Below the pieces are notes generated by a model. The model did not search any database and had not been told where the DNA came from. It saw only the letters and a program-made list of their open reading frames with translations. Made by a program: the position numbers and the translations under genes. 64,000 bases of DNA from Gemmatimonadales bacterium (GTDB lineage: Bacteria; Gemmatimonadota; Gemmatimonadetes; Gemmatimonadales; GWC2-71-9): the NCBI GenBank assembly GCA_041577295.1, contig JBFGJG010000016.1, forward strand, positions 12,437 through 76,436, read 5' to 3'. The stretch's first letter is position 1; each line of letters opens with the position of its first letter. Positions 44,939 to 54,300 of this stretch are shown one piece after another.

Positions 44939-45754
44939 CTACGCGTCACCGTTGAGGAAGCTACGGATCTGGTGCCAAAAGGCGGCTGGGTTGGAGTCGA
45001 TTGGGAAGTGATCGCTGTTAGGAATCTCCGCTACGCTTACGTGGCCGGCCTCGAGCCGCGGCAGGTACGAGGGCCGGGGCGTTGCTGCACCGTAGATAAA
45101 GAGGCGGTCTTGCGGCAGGGTGACGAAATAGTCCACCAACGGCGCGTTGTCAGACCATTCGACTATCGACCGACAATAGTCCACGAACGCTCGGGGCCAC
45201 ACGGTCTTCGGAAGCCGTTGTGCGTACGTGTCAAAGCCCACGCGACCTGAGTCGCGCAGTTCCTGCTGGACCGTGCGAACTACCTCGGAGGCGGATAGGT
45301 TCGCGGCGTGTGCCACCGCGGCGCGCGACACCACGCCACAGTCCTCCGGTGCCACATTACCCTCGATACTGATCAACCGACTCACCAGCTCTGGATAACG
45401 CCGGGCAAGCAACAGAGCGACGAGGCCACCAAAGCTGTGGCCGATAAGCGTTACCGCGGTGAGCTTCTCTGCCGTCAGGAATTTGTGCGTGATGGCGACC
45501 AGGTCCTCGATCGTGAGGCGTGCGCCTTCCGGATACGGTGTGTCACCACATCCGGGGAAGTCGAAGGCGTAAAGCGAAAATCCGTCCAGCTCCGCCCAGG
45601 CTGCTGCAAAGTCCTGTTTCGTGGAGCCGAGGCCGTGCAAATACACCACCGAGGGTCCGGTCCCGGGTCGCGCGTTGTACGCCAGCGGGAGCTCCGTGGC
45701 CCGGTGCGTCAGCGACAGCCGTCGGGGTCGTTGCGACAAATCGACACTGGTCAT
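44939..45754 (-). CDS. alpha/beta-fold hydrolase
   Basis: VVYLHGLGSTKQDF, and the nucleophile elbow IGHSFGG. ATG 45754..45752 overlaps the upstream TGA by 1 nt (TGATG). Confidence 0.85.
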   Translation of the reverse strand: MTSVDLSQRPRRLSLTHRATELPLAYNARPGTGPSVVYLHGLGSTKQDFAAAWAELDGFSLYAFDFPGCGDTPYPEGARLTIEDLVAITHKFLTAEKLTAVTLIGHSFGGLVALLLARRYPELVSRLISIEGNVAPEDCGVVSRAAVAHAANLSASEVVRTVQQELRDSGRVGFDTYAQRLPKTVWPRAFVDYCRSIVEWSDNAPLVDYFVTLPQDRLFIYGAATPRPSYLPRLEAGHVSVAEIPNSDHFPIDSNPAAFWHQIRSFLNGDA

Positions 45755-46317
45755 CAATACAGGCGCGCTTCAATCAACGGTGGAAAGTCGAGTCCCTTTC
45801 CCAACAGGCCACGAATGGTGACGATCTGCTCGATGTGCCGTTCTCCGTGATCGGCGTACAACTCCAGCAGGTTACGGAGCGTCACGGGTCCAAACTCAGG
45901 GTGCTGCGCCGCCCGCTGGATCCACTCAGCGTCGCGCGTCTGCTTGAAGATTGGCATCGTCGTCTCGCGCAGCAGGGTGAAAAGCTCAACCCGACGCTCG
46001 AATGCCTCCCGGTCCGTTGTCTGATAACGCAGCGCGCTTGCCCACAGGTCTTGATCGTACACCGGAAGCGTGGACCCGGACTGACCGTATGCCAACCGCA
46101 CCCGAAGCGCCCCCATCACTTCGGCATCCGACAAATGGACGACGATCTGGAGAATGGACCACTTGTTTCCCGGCCGAGGCTGCGCATGAAGATCCTCATC
46201 GGTCAATCCTTCGAGCACCGCGCGTAAGCGGTCTGGGCCCTCCTCATAGGTAGCGACCAGCATCTCCGTGGAGAAGGACCGATACGTGTCCGGAAACGCT
46301 GCCACCTGTCCTGGCAT
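45754..46317 (-). CDS. DinB-family (DinB_2) protein
   Basis: ATG 46317 gives MPGQVAAFPDTY.... Segments WSILQIVVHLSDAEV and YADHGERHIEQI are typical of DinB_2. Confidence 0.8.
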   Translation of the reverse strand: MPGQVAAFPDTYRSFSTEMLVATYEEGPDRLRAVLEGLTDEDLHAQPRPGNKWSILQIVVHLSDAEVMGALRVRLAYGQSGSTLPVYDQDLWASALRYQTTDREAFERRVELFTLLRETTMPIFKQTRDAEWIQRAAQHPEFGPVTLRNLLELYADHGERHIEQIVTIRGLLGKGLDFPPLIEARLY

Positions 46318-46324
46318 ACACACC

Positions 46325-47233
46325 TCAAGGAAGAAGGAGTTCCGCCTCAAAGACGATCACCGCCCGTCCAGCAACGCGCACTGCCACGGGGCGCCCGTCC
46401 ATGACGTCCACTGCGACGTCCACCACCCCGGGTCTCCCTATCGCTTCCCCCTGTGCGGCGCGGAAGGTAACGGTGGGGCAGGAAACCGGAAGGAGTTGGT
46501 GCCGCACCAGGTACGCACCGAGCGGCCCATTCCCATTGCCGGTCACCGGGTCCTCCGGAATACCAATGTGCGGCGCAAACATGCGGGCGTGCGTGGTGAT
46601 GTCCGGATCGCTCGAGTCGAGCGTGAACACGAAAAACCCGCGGTTGGGAACGCTGGCACTCGCCCGCTCGAGCGCCGAGGGAGCCGGCCGAAGTGCGTTC
46701 AGAATCTCGCGTGTCCTGACACCAATCATGATCTTCGAGTGACCGGTGCTCACCAGCTGAACGGGGCATCGGGGATCGACGTCCGCCTCGACGATCCCCA
46801 ATGCGCAGAGGACGGAGGCGCGTTCCAGTGTGTCGAGTGGGGGCGAAAGCGTCGGTGGGCCCTGCGTCATGACCACCCGGTAGTCGCCGTTATCGCGCAC
46901 GATGTCCACCGGGAGTGTACCAATCCCGATTCGCTGCCGTACGCGGGTCGACTCGAGTCTGAGGGTCACGGCGCGGAGATAGTGCGCGGCAACGGTGGCA
47001 TGGCCGCACGACGGGACCTCAGTGGTGGGTGTGAAGAAGCGGATACGGACATCGTGGTCAGGCCCGTCGGGGGGAAGCACGAACGCCGTTTCGGAGTTGC
47101 TTAGCTCACGAGCGATGAGCTGCATCTCTCGATCGCTCAACCCCGACGCCTCGAGCACCACACCAGCAGGGTTGCCTTCGAGCGGTTGCGCAGTGAACGC
47201 GTCCACCTGATGCACCACGACCGTCCGCGGCAT
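46325..47233 (-). CDS. PhzF-family epimerase/isomerase-like protein
   Basis: ATG 47233 gives MPRTVVVHQVDAFTAQPLEGNPAGVVL...SETAF, the PhzF signature. The second half contains GHATVAA. Confidence 0.88.
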   Translation of the reverse strand: MPRTVVVHQVDAFTAQPLEGNPAGVVLEASGLSDREMQLIARELSNSETAFVLPPDGPDHDVRIRFFTPTTEVPSCGHATVAAHYLRAVTLRLESTRVRQRIGIGTLPVDIVRDNGDYRVVMTQGPPTLSPPLDTLERASVLCALGIVEADVDPRCPVQLVSTGHSKIMIGVRTREILNALRPAPSALERASASVPNRGFFVFTLDSSDPDITTHARMFAPHIGIPEDPVTGNGNGPLGAYLVRHQLLPVSCPTVTFRAAQGEAIGRPGVVDVAVDVMDGRPVAVRVAGRAVIVFEAELLLP

Positions 47234-47494
47234 CAAGGCTTGCTCACGCGATACCGGTCGTTGCGGAGACCCCTCGACGGTGTGCCGCCCGCACAAGATC
47301 AAGCACGAGCGGATCCGGCACGGGCGCAGACCGAAGAGCTTAGCTCGCGCACCGCATCGGTGAGCGTGCGCTCGGTAATCAGATGGGGCTCAAACGTCCC
47401 ATTGAAATCTCCTATGAGACCTATCCGCATCCGCACCTCGGGTCACGGGTCTTGCCGTCGTTTCTGCCTGACATTACCCTTGGGATAAGTAGAA

Positions 47495-47513
47495 AGCAAA
47501 TGCATAGTTTGCT
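47495..47513. promoter_or_regulatory. candidate LysR-type operator palindrome AGCAAA-N7-TTTGCT in an AT-rich divergent promoter region
   Basis: Perfect 6-bp arms at 47495..47500 and 47508..47513. A second dyad, ATAT-N11-ATAT (T-N11-A type), lies at 47520..47538, just before the LysR ATG at 47542. Confidence 0.4.
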
Positions 47514-47541
47514 GATGTCATATAAATAACATTCATATTTA

Positions 47542-48459
47542 ATGACCCTCGAGATTCGTCATCTCCAGCTGCTCGACGCTATCGGTGCCGAGGGAACAGT
47601 GAGCAAGGCAGCGAAGCGTCTCAATCTGACGCAACCGGCCGCAAGTCATGCGTTACGCAGCCTGGAGCGGCGGCTCGGTGTGGAGTTGTTTCGCCGTGAG
47701 CGGCGTCGAATGGTTCCCACCGTTGAGGGGGAGCGCCTGTTGCGCTCCGCCCAGGTTGTGCTCACGGAGATCAGGCGTGCGGAGCATGACGTGTCACAGC
47801 TCAAAACCGGGTATCAAGGAGTACTGCGCATCACGACGCAGTGTTACACCTGTTATCACTGGCTTCCGGGTATCCTGCGCAGCTTCAATCAGACGTTTCC
47901 CAAGATCGACATCCAGATCGTCCCCGAGGGCACGAACAAGCCGTTTGAGAGCCTCCGCAATCGCACGGTCGACCTCGCGATCGTGCATCACGAGCCGGAG
48001 GGATCGGACGTCGCGTTGCGCAAGTTGTTTCGGGACGAGCTGGTGGCAGTCGTCCCGCCAGGGCATCGGTTTGCGAGCCGACGCTCGGTCACTGCCGCGG
48101 ACTTCGCTGACGAGCAGGTGATCCTCCATTCGGCACCGTATCGGAGCACGTTTTACGAAGAGATGCTCAAGCCGGCCGGTGTGGAGCCGCCGCGGATTCT
48201 GGCGTTGCAGCTGAGTGAGGCGGTGTTGGAGTCAGTGAAGGCGGGACTCGGTGTGAGCATCATGGCGCGGTGGACTGTGGAGCCGGAGGTGAAGCGTGGC
48301 GCGTTACGTGCGATCCGACTCACGCCCAAGGGTCTTTGGCGCGTCTGGTATGCAGCAGTGCTCGCATACCGTGCCGAGTCCCCAGCCCTGGTGTCGCTGA
48401 TCGATTTGCTCAAGAAAAACGCTCTCTCGGCCGTCGAGTCATGCGCCGCCTCGGCGTGA
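47542..48459 (+). CDS. LysR-family transcriptional regulator
   Basis: N-terminal wHTH MTLEIRHLQLLDAIGAEGTVSKAAKRLNLTQPAASHALRSLERRLG, followed by a LysR substrate-binding domain. Confidence 0.92.
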   Translation: MTLEIRHLQLLDAIGAEGTVSKAAKRLNLTQPAASHALRSLERRLGVELFRRERRRMVPTVEGERLLRSAQVVLTEIRRAEHDVSQLKTGYQGVLRITTQCYTCYHWLPGILRSFNQTFPKIDIQIVPEGTNKPFESLRNRTVDLAIVHHEPEGSDVALRKLFRDELVAVVPPGHRFASRRSVTAADFADEQVILHSAPYRSTFYEEMLKPAGVEPPRILALQLSEAVLESVKAGLGVSIMARWTVEPEVKRGALRAIRLTPKGLWRVWYAAVLAYRAESPALVSLIDLLKKNALSAVESCAASA

Positions 48460-48956
48460 TCGCGTCGGACACACTTCGACTGCGCGAGACCACGCCCGAC
48501 GATCTCGAATTCGTCCTCGCCGCCGAGTCGGATGACGATACCCGCCCGTTCATTCTCCTGTGGTCTCGGCGACAGCATCTGGATGCACTCACTGATCCGG
48601 ACGTCGGTCACCTGGTCTGCGAGACTGAGGCTGATCGTCGTCCCGTAGGCTTCGTCATGCTTGCCGGTCTCACGAACCCGCATGGGAGCATCGAGTTTCG
48701 CCGCATCGTTATCACGGAGAAAGGCAAGGGGCATGGTCGCGAGGCGGTGGAGCTGGTCAAGCAGTTTGTGTTCGAGCGCACCGGCGCGCATCGCCTCTGG
48801 CTCGATGTAAAAGTCGGAAATGACCGTGCGAAGAAGCTCTACGAAGGCGCCGGCTTTGTCGTGGAGGGCACGCTCCGTGAATGTCTCAAGGCAGAAAAAG
48901 GGTATGAGTCTTTGACGGTGATGGGGATGTTGCGGGGAGAGTGGGAGACGGGGTGA
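48441..48956 (+). CDS. GNAT-family N-acetyltransferase
   Basis: ATG 48441 lies 19 nt inside the LysR 3' end and gives MRRLGVIASDTLRLRETTPDDLEFV.... The acetyl-CoA motif reads RIVITEKGKGHGREAVELV, followed by RAKKLYEGAGF. Confidence 0.85.
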   Translation: MRRLGVIASDTLRLRETTPDDLEFVLAAESDDDTRPFILLWSRRQHLDALTDPDVGHLVCETEADRRPVGFVMLAGLTNPHGSIEFRRIVITEKGKGHGREAVELVKQFVFERTGAHRLWLDVKVGNDRAKKLYEGAGFVVEGTLRECLKAEKGYESLTVMGMLRGEWETG

Positions 48957-48969
48957 GCCTCTCTCCCCT

Positions 48970-50193
48970 CTACTCCAGCGGAACAAACACCCCGTCATCG
49001 ATCACTCCATCCACCACCCGATACACCACGATCCCTGACCGCATGATCAAGGGCGGCGTGCCCACCGGACCCACCACCGCAGGGGCTTGATAGAAACGCG
49101 TCTCGTGCCCCTCCATCTCGTAACGGATCTGCTCTCGCATATGCACGTGACCGCCAAGCGCCAGCGGGAACGGATGCCGGCCGAGTTCGGAGATCACAGC
49201 ACGTGCATTCCGGACAACGTGACGAAAGTAGGAAACGCCGCCGATGCGAATGACCGTCGGTGCCGCGGATTCGTCGGTGTAACCACGTAGCTGCTCGCCG
49301 GTGCTCAAAAAGGGAATGTGGTTGAACGACACGACCGGCACCGTGTCGGGAACGTACGAGAGGTCGCGAACGAGCCATGCGAGTTGCAGGCTGTCGACGT
49401 GTCCGTGGTACCAGAGATCGTCAACGTCTATCGTGTTCAGCCCAACGAAGTGCACCCCGCCATACGTAAACGAGTAATAGTCCGGACCCAGATAGTGCCG
49501 GTACATCTTCTTGCCGTAGAGCGGGTGCTCCTGACTGACGAGTGAGAGGTGGCGCTCGACGCCAAAGATCTCGTGGTTACCGGGCACCGTGAACACCGGC
49601 ACGGCAAAGCGTCCGAGCTCGGCGACGAGCATCTCGTAATAGCTGGTCGCCACCGAGTCGGAGACGCGCAGCGCATCACGTACCAGATCGCCTGTGACGA
49701 GAACGAACGCCGGTTGTAACGAGTCCACCAACTGACGCAACCGCTCCAAGCGCGGAAGACTGGTGTCGCTCAGGTGTGTGTCGGACGCATGAACGAAGGT
49801 GAACGAGCGCGCACGCGGGTGTCGTCGCATGGCGAACGTAAGGTCAGCGGTATTTGAGAGGCGTCGCCAGAACGTCCCAACAGCCTGCAACGTGTCCGGC
49901 GTCGAGACAAACACGATACCATACGGCGGGTCAGTCGGCAGTGCGAACTGCCCACGGTCATCCGTGAACACGACGTTCGCCTGATCCGACACGGCGATAC
50001 CCGAAAGACCTCGTTCACCAGCCTCGCGGCTGCCGTTACCATTGGCGTCGAGGAAAACGACGCCTACCACCCCTTGGCCGCTCGTGACCGACCCGTTCGT
50101 GACCGAGCGATGCACCGACTGTGCGGTGGCAACCTCCGATCCAACCAACATCAAAAACGCGAGTGACACGAAGGTTACGAGTCTTGGCACCAT
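48970..50193 (-). CDS. secreted calcineurin-like metallophosphoesterase
   Basis: Signal peptide MVPRLVTFVSLAFLMLVGSEVATA. Motifs FVHASDTHL, VTGDL, PGNHE and GGHVH. Confidence 0.85.
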   Translation of the reverse strand: MVPRLVTFVSLAFLMLVGSEVATAQSVHRSVTNGSVTSGQGVVGVVFLDANGNGSREAGERGLSGIAVSDQANVVFTDDRGQFALPTDPPYGIVFVSTPDTLQAVGTFWRRLSNTADLTFAMRRHPRARSFTFVHASDTHLSDTSLPRLERLRQLVDSLQPAFVLVTGDLVRDALRVSDSVATSYYEMLVAELGRFAVPVFTVPGNHEIFGVERHLSLVSQEHPLYGKKMYRHYLGPDYYSFTYGGVHFVGLNTIDVDDLWYHGHVDSLQLAWLVRDLSYVPDTVPVVSFNHIPFLSTGEQLRGYTDESAAPTVIRIGGVSYFRHVVRNARAVISELGRHPFPLALGGHVHMREQIRYEMEGHETRFYQAPAVVGPVGTPPLIMRSGIVVYRVVDGVIDDGVFVPLE

Positions 50194-50311
50194 CTACCTC
50201 CATCTTTCAATCCACTCTATCCGCTCCCTTCTATCCCCTCCATCCTCAGCCCAGACTTGCCTGATCACTTATCCGTAAGCGACCTTCTGTCGGCTTCACA
50301 ACGTCATCTTC

Positions 50312-51124
50312 ATGATCTCTGATCTCGCCGCACTCCACCCGGTGCTACAAGCGCTGCTCGCCACGCTATTCACGTGGGGCGTTACTGCGCTCGGGGCGGG
50401 CACCGTGTTTTTTACACGCCGACTCAACGTCCGCATGCTCTCTGCGATGAACGGATTTGCCGCCGGTGTGATGTTAGCGGCAAGCTACTGGTCGCTCCTC
50501 GCACCTGCTATTGAGATGGCCGCGGCATCTGGAGTACCGGCGTGGTTTCCAGCGGCGGCCGGGCTGCTGTTGGGAGCAGGATTCCTTGCGCTCACGGATC
50601 GTCTCCTCCCGCACCTTCACCCTGATCTCCCGAGGGAGCGGGCGGAAGGACCACCCACGACGTGGCACCGCAGCACCCTCCTCGTGTTGGCCATCACTCT
50701 GCACAACATCCCCGAGGGCTTGGCAATAGGGGTCGCGTTCGGCGCCGTGGCGGCCGATCTCCCGGCTGCAACGTTGGCCGGGGCCGTGGCCCTCGCCATT
50801 GGCATTGGACTCCAGAACTTCCCTGAGGGAGCGGCGATATCCCTGCCGCTGCGGGCGGACGGGCTCTCACAAGGCAGAAGCTTCTGGTGGGGACAGCTTT
50901 CGGCTGCTGTGGAGCCCGTCGCGGCGTGCGTGGGCGCCGCCGCCGTGTTAACCTTCACCCCCCTGCTCCCCTACGCGCTCGCCTTTGCCGCCGGTGCGAT
51001 GGTGTTCGTGGTCGTCGAGGAGCTGATTCCTGCATCACAACGAGACGGAAACACCGACCTCGCAACTGCCAGCACCGTGCTGGGATTCGCCGTGATGATG
51101 GTGCTGGATGTGGCACTCGGATGA
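50312..51124 (+). CDS. ZIP-family divalent metal transporter (ZupT-like)
   Basis: Signature [14 protein letters not shown], with a second copy [11 protein letters not shown]. About 8 TM segments. Confidence 0.88.
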   Translation: MISDLAALHPVLQALLATLFTWGVTALGAGTVFFTRRLNVRMLSAMNGFAAGVMLAASYWSLLAPAIEMAAASGVPAWFPAAAGLLLGAGFLALTDRLLPHLHPDLPRERAEGPPTTWHRSTLLVLAITLHNIPEGLAIGVAFGAVAADLPAATLAGAVALAIGIGLQNFPEGAAISLPLRADGLSQGRSFWWGQLSAAVEPVAACVGAAAVLTFTPLLPYALAFAAGAMVFVVVEELIPASQRDGNTDLATASTVLGFAVMMVLDVALG

Positions 51125-51195
51125 AGTCCTTGCTCACCGGCGATGGTCGTTGCATTCTTGGGCTTGCGATCAGCGTGCTAGGTATGGTGAAGAGT

Positions 51196-51329
51196 GGTAA
51201 GGAGTGAGGAGGAGGGTAGGAAGTTCTGGCGGGACTTCTCGATCTTCCCTTCTCATTCCTTACCGCAGTCCGCAAGTGAAGAGGCAGGGGAACGTATGCT
51301 TTTACCTCTTCTGCTTCTGCCTCTCCTGC
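51196..51329. repeat. two adjacent GA-arm/CT-arm imperfect hairpins (GAGGCAG family) between convergent genes
   Basis: GGTAAGGAGTGAGGAGGAGGGTAGGAAG (51196..51223) faces CTTCCCTTCTCATTCCTTACC (51244..51264). This is followed by GAAGAGGCAGGGG...TACCTCTTCTGCTTCTGCCTCTCCTGCCCC, which contains the 13-mer CTGCCTCTCCTGC at 51317..51329. Confidence 0.6.
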
Positions 51330-51334
51330 CCCAA

Positions 51335-54300
51335 CTACCGAACGTCTTGCGTGACCCTTGTAAGGCCATCCCTCGCCGCCTCGACCGAGGGTGCCAAGGC
51401 TGGATCGGCATCCGCCCACGAAGAGAGTACACGCTCGTAGTGACTCCTGGCGGCTTCCAACTGCCCCCCTCGCTCGGCAATCTGCCCCATCCGCAAATGG
51501 GCCGGCGCTTGATAGATCCGGTCGTAGACACTGTTGTTGTCAAACGAGCGGTACCACCGCATGGCCTCCGCGTTCTGCCCAGCCTCTTCGAGCGCCGACG
51601 CCAACAAAAAGCGGTGGTAGGTTTGACCATAGAAGGGCGATGAGACCGCCAACGAATGCCACACGTTCATGCGAAGCGCCCGCAGCGCGCGTAACGCCTC
51701 GGCGTGATCGCCCCGGCGCCAGGCTAGCGTCGCTTCAATCCCCTGCCCAAGGTCCCATGCCAACGAACCCGACTCGACGGGAAGCGGTAGCCTTGCCAGA
51801 TCCTGACGCGCGCGAACCGCTTGTACCTCGTCGCCAAGTGCCGCACTGAGCAGGCCAACGAGATACGTCCGGAGATGTGGATGAACTCCATTGTGCACGG
51901 AGAGCCAGACTCCCGGAGTTTCACTACTCGCAATGTCGGCTACCTCGAGCCGCTGCAGCCGGTCGCGATAGTCCCGTAGCGTCGCCGGTTCAGTTTCGCG
52001 TATCCAGGTTACCGCGAGCAGCGCGCGATGCTCGAGCGCTGCGACCGAATCCAACTCGGCCGTGTTCGTTAGCTCAGCCATCGCTGTACTCCACTTCCCC
52101 GCCGCCAGCGCGTAGTAGGCCAGGATGCTATGACCCGCGGCACGATATCGTGCCGATCGGGTTGGCTCCACGGGAATTCGAGCGACGGTCGCTGCCGCAT
52201 CGATATCCGGTAGGAAAGCACCGGCACTCCACGTAACCTCGCTGAGCACGTCATCGGTGGCCCGTCGCAACATGTTCAATACCCGGTCACGCTCCGCTGC
52301 ATCGCCGGTGGTGAAGGCGCGGAGCGTATGCATCTCCAGGTTGCGATCGCCCTCCGGTGCGAGCGCGATCACTCTCGCCGCCATGGAGTCGAGCCCCGCA
52401 TAGTCCCCCCCCGCGACCTCGATGCGGGCCAGGTGCACGAAAGCCGGCGAGTGATCCGGTTCGAGCTGCAGCACGCGGCCCCACGCCTCCCGTGAGTCAC
52501 CGAGCGGCCTTCCCCGCTGTGGGCCGAAGTGAAAAAGTACCTCGCTCAACTGAGACCATGCCTCGACGTCGTCCGGGTACCGCCCAACGATCGCTCGGTA
52601 CAGACCTTCCGACCGCTCCGCCTCACCACGACGCGCGGCGCGCAGCGCTTCGAGGAGTAGCCGATCTCGCTCCGAAAGCCGGTCGGCAAATCGCACAGCC
52701 TGCTCTGCCGCACGGTGTGCCAGTTCCACATGCAGCAACCAATCGGCGGACACGCTGAGCTGATACCAGGCCAGCGCAAATGTGGAGTCAGTGTCTACTG
52801 CTTCTTGGAACGCCGCGGCCGCCTGCGGAAACTGCGCCGCCCGGAGCGCTCGGACCCCGTTGAGATATGCCTTGAGCGCAGGCAACGAGTTGGTCGTCAC
52901 GGCGGCGATGCGTGTGAGCCGTGCGTCGCCAGCGTCGCTCTGACCGAGCAGCAGCTGCTGAGCAAGGTCGTCCACCAGTGTCAGCACGTCAGGGGGCGCA
53001 CCCTCGGCGCTGGCGCGCGCGAGCGCGTCGCGACGGTCGACGCTGTAGAGCGCCGCATCCAGTCGTATCCTGCCGCCCACCTCGAGAATGCTGCCGAGCA
53101 CGTAGAGACCAGCGTCCAACCGCCCCGCGACTCGGCTGACCGTTTGCGGGTCGAGCGTGGTCAACCCATCACGTCTGACTGTGCCCAGCAGCACTCGAGG
53201 GTCCACACTTCGCCAGTTTCCGGCACCGTCGAGCTTGGTGCTTAACAGATCGACCATCCCCTCTCCCAGGTATGAGAGTTCACCACTCCCGCGGACGGAA
53301 AACGGAAACACCGCGACGCGCGCTGCGGAGGGACCGGCTGAAGATCCCACGCTCCCCGATGACAGAGTGACCACCGCCACCACGGCTGCGACGAGTGCCG
53401 CCCCCACCACACCACCCAGCGCGACCCGTCGAAAACGTGGACTCTCTGCGCCTGCGAGCAGCGCGTCGCGAAACGCGGTGGCGTTCTTCCAACGATCACC
53501 CGGATCCCACGCCAACGCCCGTTTCAACACGCGACTGCAATGAGCGGGCACGCCGGTCCAATCAGCCTTCTCGACGTCCATCGACGGTTGCCACTGCCGA
53601 CCCGTGAGACATTCGTACAGGACGATACCGGTTGCATAGATATCGGATTCTGCCGTGACGTCTCTTCCGGCGGCCTGCTCGGGGGGCATGTACCCGGGCG
53701 TTCCCAGGAGCGCCCCTGTTCGCGTCAGCGTCGCGTCTCCACCCGCCGCACTGACAGCCCGTGCGATACCGAAGTCAGCCACGACGGCGTGGCCACCCGA
53801 TGCGGATAGCAGGATGTTCGAGGGTTTGATGTCCCGGTGGACGACCCCGCGGCGATGCGCGTACTCGAGTGCGCTCAGGATATCCGTTGCGATCTGCACT
53901 GCTTCACGAACCGGCAAGGAACCGCCACGCTGCATCCGGTCTGACAGGGTATCGCCCTCGATGAAGGGCATCACGTAATACAACAAGCCTTCTGCCGAGC
54001 CGGAATCGTACAATGGAAGGATGTGGGGATGCTGAAGGCTGGCCGCGATCCCGATCTCGCGAAGAAACCGCTCGCCACCGAGGAACGGCGCCAATTCTGG
54101 CCGCAACACTTTGATGGCGACGTTGCGGTTGTGTTTGAGATCCTGCGCCAGGAAGACCAGGGCCATCCCACCGGTCGCGACCTCGCGTTCCACGACGTAT
54201 CGCCCCGCGAGCGCTCGACGGAGAATCGCCAACACACGGTCCGATCGGGCAAGATCTGCGGTCGCAACCGGACCACCCCGGTGGTGAGCATCCAGCAGCA

